Positions 17,556 to 26,700 of a stretch of DNA of 64,000 bases are shown here, one piece after another; the first letter of the stretch is position 1, and each line of letters starts with the position of its first letter. The notes under the pieces are model-generated. The model saw only the letters and a list, made by a program, of their open reading frames with translations. It did not search any database and was not told the DNA's origin. The stretch comes from Candidatus Woesearchaeota archaeon. GTDB taxonomy: Archaea; Nanobdellota; Nanobdellia; Woesearchaeales; DSVV01. The stretch covers positions 2,662 through 66,661 of the forward strand of contig JACRPI010000005.1 in the NCBI GenBank assembly GCA_016214075.1. The letters run 5' to 3'. The position numbers were made by a program, and so were the translations under genes.

Positions 17556-17735
17556 TGAACGCACCAAATTATCGTAATAAAAATAGTGCGTTCACTATTC
17601 CGCAGACGCAAATAAGTTACGATAATTTATTGCGTCTACCATATAATCATACTCATCCCAGAGGTGGAGCAAGGCACAAGGATTTTACTCGCATCATCCC
17701 TCCGTGTGTTTATTGCTCCACCGCTTTTTTTTCTC
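17556..17735 (+). other. Hairpin cluster ending in an oligo-T tract (candidate small RNA or terminator cluster)
   Basis: 13-bp inverted repeat tagtgaacgcac...gtgcgttcacta, second hairpin gacgcaaataa...tttattgcgtc, then ggtggagcaa...ttgctccacc followed by TTTTTTTT. Confidence 0.35.
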
Positions 17736-17776
17736 TATCAAAAACTATTTAATATCAGCTTCTTAATTTTTCTATC

Positions 17777-18550
17777 ATGTGGCCATTTGGAAAAAAGACT
17801 GCGAAGGATTATATCGAACAGATTATTCGTCTGGCAAAAGCAGTGAAGGATGATTTTCCAGATGTTTATGAGACTGGAAAAATAAAAAACATTCGAAAGC
17901 TTCTTCTCATTATTCAGCGTTTTAATATAAAACAATTTGCTGCGATTAAAGAAGAAACAGGGTCTGCAAATTTAATGAAGGCGGCGGAAGCAATTGCTCG
18001 TGCGGCTGATGAAGCACTCATGGATATAGAGAATCAATACAACTTCACGAAAGCAGAAACTCTTGTGCAAAAAATTATTGAGTTAGAAGCGTATATTGCG
18101 AACAATTTTGAAACAGAATTGCGCTTTGCCCCATCAAAAGAGTTAGGGAAAATCTTGAAATATTCTCCGCAAGATGCAATCGCGAAAGGATATCTCTTTC
18201 GTGGGTTGTCAGATGCAGACTATCAGAAGGTACTTAAAGGGGTAGGCATAACCGCGAAAAAACCCGACGGAAAGGTTTCTGTTCTGGACCATATTCTTAA
18301 TCCAGCGAATGATCCAAACACGCAATTCATCTCTCTTACTGCTGATGTTGACACTGCTCGACATTTTGGAAGGCCAGTCGCAGTGAACGTCGCAAAAGTA
18401 AAAGGTCATCTCATGCCTCCTGACGAAATTCGCCGTGCAACTGGACGAGATACAAGGGTAGAAAGATTACGAAAAAAGAATGTGGAATTTTTGCTAGCGC
18501 CAACAAAAACAAGCGTTGCGGAAATCCCTGCTGATGCAGTAGTAAGATAG
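17777..18550 (+). CDS. Hypothetical protein with C-terminal ADP-ribosyltransferase-like motifs (putative ART-fold toxin-like domain, tentative)
   Basis: C-terminal GYLFRGLSDADY (aromatic-Arg), FISLTAD (S-x-T) and NVEFLLAP (Glu then h-LL-P, like the ARTT/EXE region of C3-type ARTs), in R-S-E order and spacing. Confidence 0.35.
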   Translation: MWPFGKKTAKDYIEQIIRLAKAVKDDFPDVYETGKIKNIRKLLLIIQRFNIKQFAAIKEETGSANLMKAAEAIARAADEALMDIENQYNFTKAETLVQKIIELEAYIANNFETELRFAPSKELGKILKYSPQDAIAKGYLFRGLSDADYQKVLKGVGITAKKPDGKVSVLDHILNPANDPNTQFISLTADVDTARHFGRPVAVNVAKVKGHLMPPDEIRRATGRDTRVERLRKKNVEFLLAPTKTSVAEIPADAVVR

Positions 18551-18559
18551 TAAGAAAAA

Positions 18560-19129
18560 TTAAGCAACACGTTTTAGTTTTCTGAAAATATGCTCTCTAT
18601 ACAAATACGCAGGATTTTGATGAGCAGCACCTTCTATGCGTTCAGGAATAGGTACAAATGGAATAACATTCGAAGTACCTAAATAATCTCTTTGCATGTG
18701 TAATTCTCGACGAACTTCACCAAGGATGACTCCAAGCATGTTTCTTCCTCTTCCGTCTCTTCCGACACCCCAGTAATTGTCTTTAGGAGTTGCTTCGATA
18801 ATTCTTTCATCTCCTGTTGATAAGAGTAGATCACCAAGATCAGGGTACTGCGCAAATTTCTCCAACACGACCCATCGCATATAATCATCTTTGACAGTGT
18901 CCCAATCTCGTCGAATTGGATAGTTTCTATCGCGACCAAGATCTGCTGCAAAATGTGGTGTTCTAGCCCCCCGTATTTTTTCTTGATAACGAGAATTATG
19001 CGAAAATTTTTGTGCCTGAAAAAAATGTTCAGATGTAGGCCAGACTTTATCATCTATTGTTAATTCATAAAGTGCAAAATTAGAAAAACACCCAAATGCA
19101 TCATCGACGTGATAAAATCGAATTGCCAT
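18560..19129 (-). CDS. NADAR-domain protein (YbiA-like N-glycosidase / ADP-ribose-processing hydrolase)
   Basis: FYHVDDAFGCFSNF...WPTSEHFFQAQKF...LLLSTGDERIIEATPKDNYWGVGRDGRGRNMLGVILGEVR matches the NADAR/DUF1768 signature almost motif for motif. Confidence 0.85.
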   Translation of the reverse strand: MAIRFYHVDDAFGCFSNFALYELTIDDKVWPTSEHFFQAQKFSHNSRYQEKIRGARTPHFAADLGRDRNYPIRRDWDTVKDDYMRWVVLEKFAQYPDLGDLLLSTGDERIIEATPKDNYWGVGRDGRGRNMLGVILGEVRRELHMQRDYLGTSNVIPFVPIPERIEGAAHQNPAYLYREHIFRKLKRVA

Positions 19130-19566
19130 TAGTTTCCCTCGAGTTCCAAAAGAAGGATATTAATTCTTTCATCTAAAGCAATTCTCTCTTCACTTCCAAC
19201 TGTTTTGGGAATATAAGTTCTACTCATATTATAAGCATGTTGCGCCTTGTCTTTAAGAGAAAGCTCTTGTGTTTGCTGGTGCTGTGCTGCGTAACATTGG
19301 CCGAGAAGGAGTTGCAAGTCATATCGTCGTTCATAAACTTCAGCTGCTTGTTCTCCATGAGCTATCGCATTTTCAAGAGCAGCTGTATCTGAGTTTTGTC
19401 TATACAGACCAAAATAAGATAATGCTAAACCATACTGAATGTTAAAGGATGGGGCAGGCGGTAAGCCTTCAGAAATACAAGGAGTAAAAGATGATAGCGC
19501 AGCAGTATAATCTCCAGAATCAAGAGCCCTAAACCCTGCGTCAATAAGCGAAGTAATATCTGCCAT
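19129..19566 (-). CDS. Helical-repeat (TPR-like) hypothetical protein, co-operonic with the NADAR gene
   Basis: Stop overlaps the NADAR start by 1 bp. Start taken at MADITSLID. Confidence 0.45.
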   Translation of the reverse strand: MADITSLIDAGFRALDSGDYTAALSSFTPCISEGLPPAPSFNIQYGLALSYFGLYRQNSDTAALENAIAHGEQAAEVYERRYDLQLLLGQCYAAQHQQTQELSLKDKAQHAYNMSRTYIPKTVGSEERIALDERINILLLELEGN

Positions 19567-19696
19567 GAGGGATCTTAGAAACAAAACTCTATTTATAAAT
19601 GTTGTCATAATTTATCATTAAGGAGGGGTGACATAAAACAAACACGTAGTCTCGAATTCAGTAACCCTTATTAATTCCATCCCCTCAAGAATTGTC

Positions 19697-20221
19697 ATGG
19701 TCATCCATCTCATTCAGCAAGTACTAGGGATAAGCAATCCGTATCATGATTTCACGTCAAACATTACGCGAATTTCTGCCATTCTCTCGTCGATGGAAGA
19801 TAATGCAAAGGCAGCAAATCATGCTGCGGTAAAAGAGAAAACAGATGCAATAAAAAGAATGATTGGCATTCCTGTTGCGAGTAATAGTCAGTGTCTCATT
19901 CATTTAATGCAAAAAAAGACAGACAAGCTGCATGCGCTGCATCAGTCCGGCGAGAAAACGCAGTTGCAGACAATGGAAAAAGACATGCGTCATGCGCTGC
20001 AATATTTAATCAATTATATCGTCCAGATAGGAACAGTTTCTCAGGAATTATCAAGACAAAGTCAAAAGCAAAGAGTTCCTGTCCTTGAGCAGCATATTAA
20101 TCATGCGCGGCATTATGTCATTAAAATGAAAGCACGCTGTCACATTGAGATGAAGGCCTATGATGCGGCAAAAAGGCAGAAACCGCAAGTGCGTCAGGTA
20201 GTCCATAGAAAAGCGGCGTGA
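19697..20221 (+). CDS. Hypothetical protein
   Basis: 174 aa ORF, helical, Q/H-rich; no family recognised. Confidence 0.4.
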   Translation: MVIHLIQQVLGISNPYHDFTSNITRISAILSSMEDNAKAANHAAVKEKTDAIKRMIGIPVASNSQCLIHLMQKKTDKLHALHQSGEKTQLQTMEKDMRHALQYLINYIVQIGTVSQELSRQSQKQRVPVLEQHINHARHYVIKMKARCHIEMKAYDAAKRQKPQVRQVVHRKAA

Positions 20222-20286
20222 GTAATAGTCTGATTTTCTTATTCTCTTTCATTTCATTCTCATTATTTAAGTATGTTTTCTCTCTA

Positions 20287-20440
20287 AAATTAAATAATAA
20301 AAGAATGGAGATTCAAAAGGACTGTAAGGCGAATAAAATGCAGAGGCAGCTATTTATTTCAGCCTACAAGAAAAAACACGCACAAGCAAAGCAAAATGTC
20401 AGGGGGACCCAATGCTCCTTAAGGAGCATTGGGGTATTAT
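20287..20440 (+). repeat. Family-B repeat, full copy B1
   Basis: aaattaaataataaaagaatggagattcaaaaggactgtaaggcgaat...acacgcacaagcaaagcaaaaTGTCAGGGGGACCC-AATGCTCCttaaGGAGCATT-GGGGTATTAT. Confidence 0.6.
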
Positions 20441-20542
20441 GGAAGTAAAGACAATAAAAAATTATCTAAAACATATCAAACGAAAAAGAGAGCATAGACC
20501 AAGCTTTCAATATCTTTAAATAGAACAGATGTAGAGATAAAA

Positions 20543-22258
20543 GTGATAATCGTGACAAATATAGTAACGCTGAAAAAAGCAACAAAAGAGTCCTTGCATA
20601 TTGTTGGAGAAAAAGCAATACGTCTTGCAGTACTTTCGCAAAAATTCTCCGTTCCTCCCACATTCATCATCACAGCCACAGCGTTTGATCAATTTCTCAC
20701 AAACAATCACATAAAAAAACAGGCAAAAGAAATGCTTGAGAAAATAGAAGAAGAGAATGAGACAAAAATACAAGAAGCAAGCGACGCGATAAAACTACTC
20801 ATCCTCAACGCGCCATTACCAGAAGAATTACGAGAAGAAGTTCATGACGCGTATTATGCGTTGAACATTGACGAAACACATTCTTTAAACGATCTGATGG
20901 AAACAGGCGAAGAACCAATAGTGGTTCTACGACCTTCTCCAATCCATGATGAACAAGCAAATCTACACGAATCTATGTTAGGAGTTCAAGGGATGCAAAA
21001 CATAGAAAATGCGATTCTCAATGTCTGGGCATCTTTTTACAATCCAGAAGCCATATCTGTAATGATTAAAAGTAAAATAGAAGAACAGAAAAAAGAAGAA
21101 CCCAAACAAACACAAAAAGAAACGCAGTTTGCGATCATCGTCCAAAAAATGATAGACAGCCAAGCGTCAGGAGTAATTCACACGAGTTACAAAATGAATA
21201 AAGAAGAAGTGCTTATTCTCGGCTGTAAAGGATTAGGAACAGCGTTAAATTCAGGATTAATCAGTCTAGACAAATATTTCATCACAAAAAAATCATTGAA
21301 CATTGCGTCGATTGAAGTAGGCAAACAGCCATTCATGTTAGAACGAGATTTTGACACCAATAAAATTGCGAAAATTTACATGCAAGAAGAATACAGTAAA
21401 AAGCAGAAAATTACAGACAGGCATATTGGCGAGCTCACGTTGCTCGGAAACACAATAGAACAAATATTTGGCAAGCCGCAGGAAGTGGATTTCGCGATTT
21501 ACAAAGAAGTAATTTCTATTCTTGGCGCGAGAGACGCGGAATGGTACAAGGAGAGTCTGCAAAAAGCAGCGCAGCCACAAGAAGCAGCGCCGCGGTGGAA
21601 AGAGCCAACGCCAGAAGAAGTAGAACAAAAAGAAAAAGAAATATCAACTTCTATTACACACGAGCTTGAGCAGGATACGTTAGTGGTCAATGCATTAAGT
21701 GGAACGCAGCATATTTTAGGCGAATCGCCAGAAGCAGTACATCTTGTTTATCCAGAAGAGAGCATGGTCATCCAGGGAAACACTTCAAATGATCCAAATG
21801 ACATTAACGCGGTAATTCTGGGCATTGATTTCAATGCCGCGTTGAATGAAGTTACGCAGACAGCAGGCACAGAAATCGCGGCAGTGTCAGCGGCGATGAA
21901 TCCCGCGCAATCCCCCTCCCAAACAGCAGCTGTTATTCTTGAAAAGCAGATTCCTTCCATAATTACTGAAGCAGTAGAACAGGAAGCTGCGGAAGAAAAG
22001 CGAGAGGAAGAAGAAATAATCGCAGAACAAGTGCGAACAGTCCAAAAAAAAGAATTGTCTGCGTTTGAAAAAGCATCAGGAAATCTCATTATTCATTGTT
22101 TTAAAGAAGTAAAAGAAAAAATTCCAAAAGAACAGTGGGCAGCGTCTCCAGAGCTCCGCCACCTTGCGGTTCTTGCGCAGAATTTCTCACAAAAAAATGT
22201 CGCGCCAACGCCAGCGCAGGTGAAATTTGCGTTGGATGCGATGGAAAAGGTCAAATAA
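20543..22258 (+). CDS. PEP/pyruvate-binding (PPDK_N-like ATP-grasp) domain protein with low-complexity C-terminal region
   Basis: N-terminal similarity to the nucleotide-binding domain of PEP synthase/PPDK (IVGEKAIRLAVL...). No GGRTSHAA swivel-His motif. E/K/Q-rich tail. Confidence 0.6.
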   Translation: MIIVTNIVTLKKATKESLHIVGEKAIRLAVLSQKFSVPPTFIITATAFDQFLTNNHIKKQAKEMLEKIEEENETKIQEASDAIKLLILNAPLPEELREEVHDAYYALNIDETHSLNDLMETGEEPIVVLRPSPIHDEQANLHESMLGVQGMQNIENAILNVWASFYNPEAISVMIKSKIEEQKKEEPKQTQKETQFAIIVQKMIDSQASGVIHTSYKMNKEEVLILGCKGLGTALNSGLISLDKYFITKKSLNIASIEVGKQPFMLERDFDTNKIAKIYMQEEYSKKQKITDRHIGELTLLGNTIEQIFGKPQEVDFAIYKEVISILGARDAEWYKESLQKAAQPQEAAPRWKEPTPEEVEQKEKEISTSITHELEQDTLVVNALSGTQHILGESPEAVHLVYPEESMVIQGNTSNDPNDINAVILGIDFNAALNEVTQTAGTEIAAVSAAMNPAQSPSQTAAVILEKQIPSIITEAVEQEAAEEKREEEEIIAEQVRTVQKKELSAFEKASGNLIIHCFKEVKEKIPKEQWAASPELRHLAVLAQNFSQKNVAPTPAQVKFALDAMEKVK

Positions 22259-22309
22259 ACATATTTGCAAGTCAAAAATTTTATAAAGCAGTGGAAAGTT
22301 CTGAATTTT

Positions 22310-22759
22310 ATGGATATTGGAAAATATGTAGGTATACTTGATGATCGTGCATCAAAAGCGCAAAGAGACATTCTTGCAAATCTTGAAGCAGTAAACGGCA
22401 GTATTTATGGAAGAAGTGGAATAGAAACAGCGCTTCATTATGCAGGTGTTTTGAGAGCAGGTGCAATTGTGAGTAGCGATAAGGTGGGAGATATATTAGG
22501 CTCCATAAGTCCATCAGAAGTGAGCGAATTTGGAGATGTAAGATTTTGGTATGCTGGTTTCAGACCGATTCATGCGGGAATTGTTGTTGATGCAGAGCAT
22601 GTTTTCCATGCAAGGGCGAGTATAGGCTTAATTGAACCCCATGAAGCAGTTACTCAAGCTCTCCAACAATTACGAGGAAGCGTTCTTGTAACAAGTAAAG
22701 ATTACGGGCTTGCAAAACTCATGATAAAGTATGGAGAGTTCAATACCTCATTATTCTAA
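22310..22759 (+). CDS. Hypothetical protein, co-operonic with the PPDK_N-like gene
   Basis: ORF begins 6 bp after the upstream stop. Start taken at MDIGKYV. Confidence 0.4.
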   Translation: MDIGKYVGILDDRASKAQRDILANLEAVNGSIYGRSGIETALHYAGVLRAGAIVSSDKVGDILGSISPSEVSEFGDVRFWYAGFRPIHAGIVVDAEHVFHARASIGLIEPHEAVTQALQQLRGSVLVTSKDYGLAKLMIKYGEFNTSLF

Positions 22760-22766
22760 ATATTAT

Positions 22767-23714
22767 TTATCTTTTCACTCTCTTCAACACAACAACATGT
22801 TTCGATAATGTCTGATGCAAATACCATCGAAAATCATGTATTATGTTCCACCCAGTTTTTCTGCAAATCTTTTTGTAATCCACAAAATCAGGAAATCCCA
22901 CCACAATCGTGTTTGTATTTTTCTTTGCGTTTTCCAAAAAGCGCGTATACAAAGAAAGAAGATTCTGTGATCGAGTATTTTTTCCAAAGGGAAGTTCTGT
23001 CACAATCGCGGCGCATTTTTTTCTGAATGTTGTCGCGTCTCCTGCTGCAATAGAAACAACTTTTTTCGTAATCTTGTAATGGTGCAAATTCTGTTTACAT
23101 TTCTCGAGCATCCAGGGGCTAATGTCAAAGCCAACTGCCTTCCGTCCAGAAAAAGCAGCTTCCAGTAAAATGCCGCCAGTGCCGCAAAAGGGATCAACAA
23201 CAACAGCATTTTTTTTTGCAGAAGATAAATTCACAAGCCCAAGCGCAAGTTGCGGATCAAGGGATGCGGGATAAAATCCAGGGCGAAGTTGTGCTTTTCG
23301 CTGCAAAAACGCGTTATCATTTTTCCATAAGCGCAAGCCAGCATACACAGTATTCCCAAGAAAAAAGAAGTGAATCAAACTATCTGGATGTTCAAGATCA
23401 ACGACAGGTTTCTTCAATGTATCCCAGATCATACCTCCTAATTTTCGTTCAATTTCTTGTATATCGCTCCGCACGCAAAAGCTTCCTTTGATTTTTTTGT
23501 TCCAGGCATATTTCTTAATCTGCTTTTCAAGATTTTTTTTAGAGCAGGAAAAAAGAATAGCATGAGTTTCTTTGGTGAACGCGAGTGGAAGGTCAATTTT
23601 CTTTTTAGAAGACACAAAAGCATAGTTTTCTTTGGTTTTGTGAAGAGTATAAAACGAAGCAACCTCTGCCTGGGCAAGAGGCAAATTCTTTTGTGATAAA
23701 ACAAAAAGCATCAT
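22767..23714 (-). CDS. THUMP-domain class I SAM-dependent tRNA (guanine-N2) methyltransferase (Trm-G10/Trm14-like)
   Basis: VVDPFCGTGGILLEAA (SAM motif I) and ELPFG (DPPY-like motif IV). Start taken at MMLFVL to avoid overlapping ppsA. Confidence 0.75.
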   Translation of the reverse strand: MMLFVLSQKNLPLAQAEVASFYTLHKTKENYAFVSSKKKIDLPLAFTKETHAILFSCSKKNLEKQIKKYAWNKKIKGSFCVRSDIQEIERKLGGMIWDTLKKPVVDLEHPDSLIHFFFLGNTVYAGLRLWKNDNAFLQRKAQLRPGFYPASLDPQLALGLVNLSSAKKNAVVVDPFCGTGGILLEAAFSGRKAVGFDISPWMLEKCKQNLHHYKITKKVVSIAAGDATTFRKKCAAIVTELPFGKNTRSQNLLSLYTRFLENAKKNTNTIVVGFPDFVDYKKICRKTGWNIIHDFRWYLHQTLSKHVVVLKRVKR

Positions 23715-23778
23715 AGGAGAGCAACGAGACACTCCATTATAAAAAGATTTATATTTATGAAGTGACAAAAAAACAGGC

Positions 23779-26700
23779 ATGAACACAAAAGCAACAAAAT
23801 TTATTCTCTGGTTTGATGAGTTAGGTATTGAAGACGTCCCAATCGTGGGCGGCAAAAACGCGTCGTTGGGTGAAATGTATAGAATTCTTGTTCCGCAAGG
23901 AGTACGGATCCCCAATGGCTTTGCGGTAACCGCGTACGCGTATCATTATCTTGTGGAGAAAGCAGGAATTAAAGCAAGTATCCAGCAAATTTTGAAAGGA
24001 TTAGATACACAGAATGTTTCTGATCTTGCGGAACGAGGGCATAAAGTACGAGAGATTATCAGAACCGCGAAGTTTCCAGAAGAGCTTGCGGTGGAAATCA
24101 TAGCGGCATATCAAAAGATGTGCAAGCTATATGGGAGCAGAACAGATGTCGCGGTGCGATCGAGCGCGACAGCAGAAGATTTGCCAGACGCGAGTTTTGC
24201 GGGCCAGCAGGAGACCTATCTGAATATTCGTGGAGACAGTGACTTGATTAACGCGTGTAAGAATTGTTTTGCGTCTCTCTTCACCAATCGTGCGATTTCC
24301 TACAGAGTGGACAAGGGCTTTGACCATTTTTCTATTGGATTAAGTATTGGTGTCCAGAAGATGGTGCGTAGCGATAAGGCGTGTTCTGGCGTTATGTTTT
24401 CAATTGATACAGAAACAGGATTTCAAAACGCGGTCTTCGTTACAGCGGCGTATGGTCTTGGAGAAACCGTCGTTCAGGGCGCAGTCAACCCAGATGAGTA
24501 TTATGTGTTTAAGCCAACATTAAAAACAGGGCATAAATCAATTTTATCAAAACGTGTTGGCGAGAAAAAAATAATGATGGTGTATAGTGATAAAGTGCAG
24601 CAGACAACAAAGACTGTCGCGGTTTCAGAAGACCAGCGAAAGAAATTCGTGCTCACTGATGATGAAATTTTAACCCTCTCAAAATGGGCGTGCATTATTG
24701 AAGATCATTATTCGCGAAAAGCAGGAAAGTTCAAACCAATGGATATGGAATGGGCAAAAGATGGCGTCACAAACCAATTATTTATTGTGCAGGCTCGTCC
24801 AGAAACAGTGCATTCACAACAGGATTTGACGCAGTTAAAAGAGTATGGGCTCGCGAAAAAAGGAAAAGTAGTGGTTATTGGAAAAGCGGTTGGCGAAAAG
24901 ATTGGTCAAGGAGCGGCGGCAATAATCAAGGATGTCAAGGATATTTCGCAGTTCAAGAAAGGGCAAGTTTTGGTCACAGAAATGACAGATCCGGATTGGG
25001 AACCAATTATGAAGATTGCGAGTGCGATTGTCACGAATAGTGGGGGGAGGACGTGTTTTCCAGCAGGCACTAAAATTTTAACAAATAAAGGATTTAGAAA
25101 TATTGAAGAGATTTATGACAATCATGAGGAGATTGAAGTTCCTTCGTTAAACAGGAAGACGCTCAAAGTAGAGTGGAAGCCGGTTATTGCTTCCATGAAA
25201 AGAAGAGCAGAAGTTATTGAAATTGAAACATCATTGACAGGGAGAATGAAGGGCAACACATTGCGGCTTACGCCAAATCATAAAATGCTCACCTTTAATG
25301 ATGCTCAATTAGTTGATAAAGAAATTCAACAGATGCTTCATGAACAGCAAATGCTTTTGTGTGCGCAAAAAATTCCAGCGCTTACAGAATCAACTGAAAA
25401 ACAAAAAGCACTAGCATACCTTTTAGGTGCAATAAGCACAGATGGGAGCATTTATACCTCTAGAACACATGGTGAAGTACAGTTTATTCAGAAAGAAACA
25501 GAAGAAAAAAAAGAATTTATTGAATATGTAAATACATGCTTAAATGAAACATACAATAAAGAGTTTAGCGTGTCAGTCAAAAAAACAAGTAGTGGAGAGA
25601 TTAGAGGAAAACCAGCGATTGGCAATGCGAATGCGTATCGCTGTTATAGCAAAGAGGTTGCGTATACGCTGCTTCGGGAACAGCAGACAATAACGCAAAC
25701 GCTCCTGAAAGCGGATGAATCTCTTATTTATTCTTTCCTTGCGGGAGTTATTGATGGCGATGGGTCATTAAGCGCAGAAAAAAATAGAATTAATATTTAT
25801 TGTTCTAAGGAATATCTGTTTCAGGCAATAATCGTGGGCTGCCTTAGAATTGGAATTGTTCCGCAAGCAACAGTAAACAGAACAATTTGGAACATCCAGA
25901 TTGTTGAAAAAGTAGATGAAATTTGTAAATGGACAAAAAGAGTTAAAGGGAAAGAAGAAAGAAAAAGAATAGGAACAAGATTTTTTAGTGCAAGGCAGCT
26001 TTTAGGAGGAAGCAAGTACATTGGACATTTCTCCACAAGTTTAGGTAAAAATCTTTTATTAGATGCAAAAAAAATAGATGCTGCAAAAAAGTTTCTTTCT
26101 CCAGAGTATGCGCAAAGAATTGAACATGTTTTACTATCAGATACAAGAATGCAGAGAGTTTCATTCGCTCATGATTGTGGTGAGCAGGATGTGTACAATA
26201 TTACTGTCGCGGATAATCATAACTATGTTGTCTTTACAGAGAGATATACTCCAGTTGTAGTCAATAACTGTCACGCGGCGATTGTCAGCAGAGAGTTAGG
26301 AGTCCCATGTGTCGTCGGAACAAATAATGGGACAGAAAAAATAAAGCAAGGTCAAAAAGTGACAGTAGACTGTTCGAGTGGCGATGAAGCAATCGTTTAT
26401 GATGGATTGTTGAAAATAAATGTTAAGGTCACGGATCTGAAAAAAATTCCAGAAACAAAAACAAAAATCATGATGAATCTTGCGGCGCCTGAGCAGGCGT
26501 TTGAGAAATCATTTTTGCCAAATAGCGGCGTGGGATTAGCGCGACAAGAGTTTATTATAAGTTCGTACATTAAAGTGCATCCAAAAGCGTTAATTCATTT
26601 TGATGAATTGAAAGATAAAAAGCTCAAAGAGGAGATTGAAGAAATAACATACAATTACAAAGATAAAAAGGAATTTTTTATTGACAAACTCAGCCAGGGC

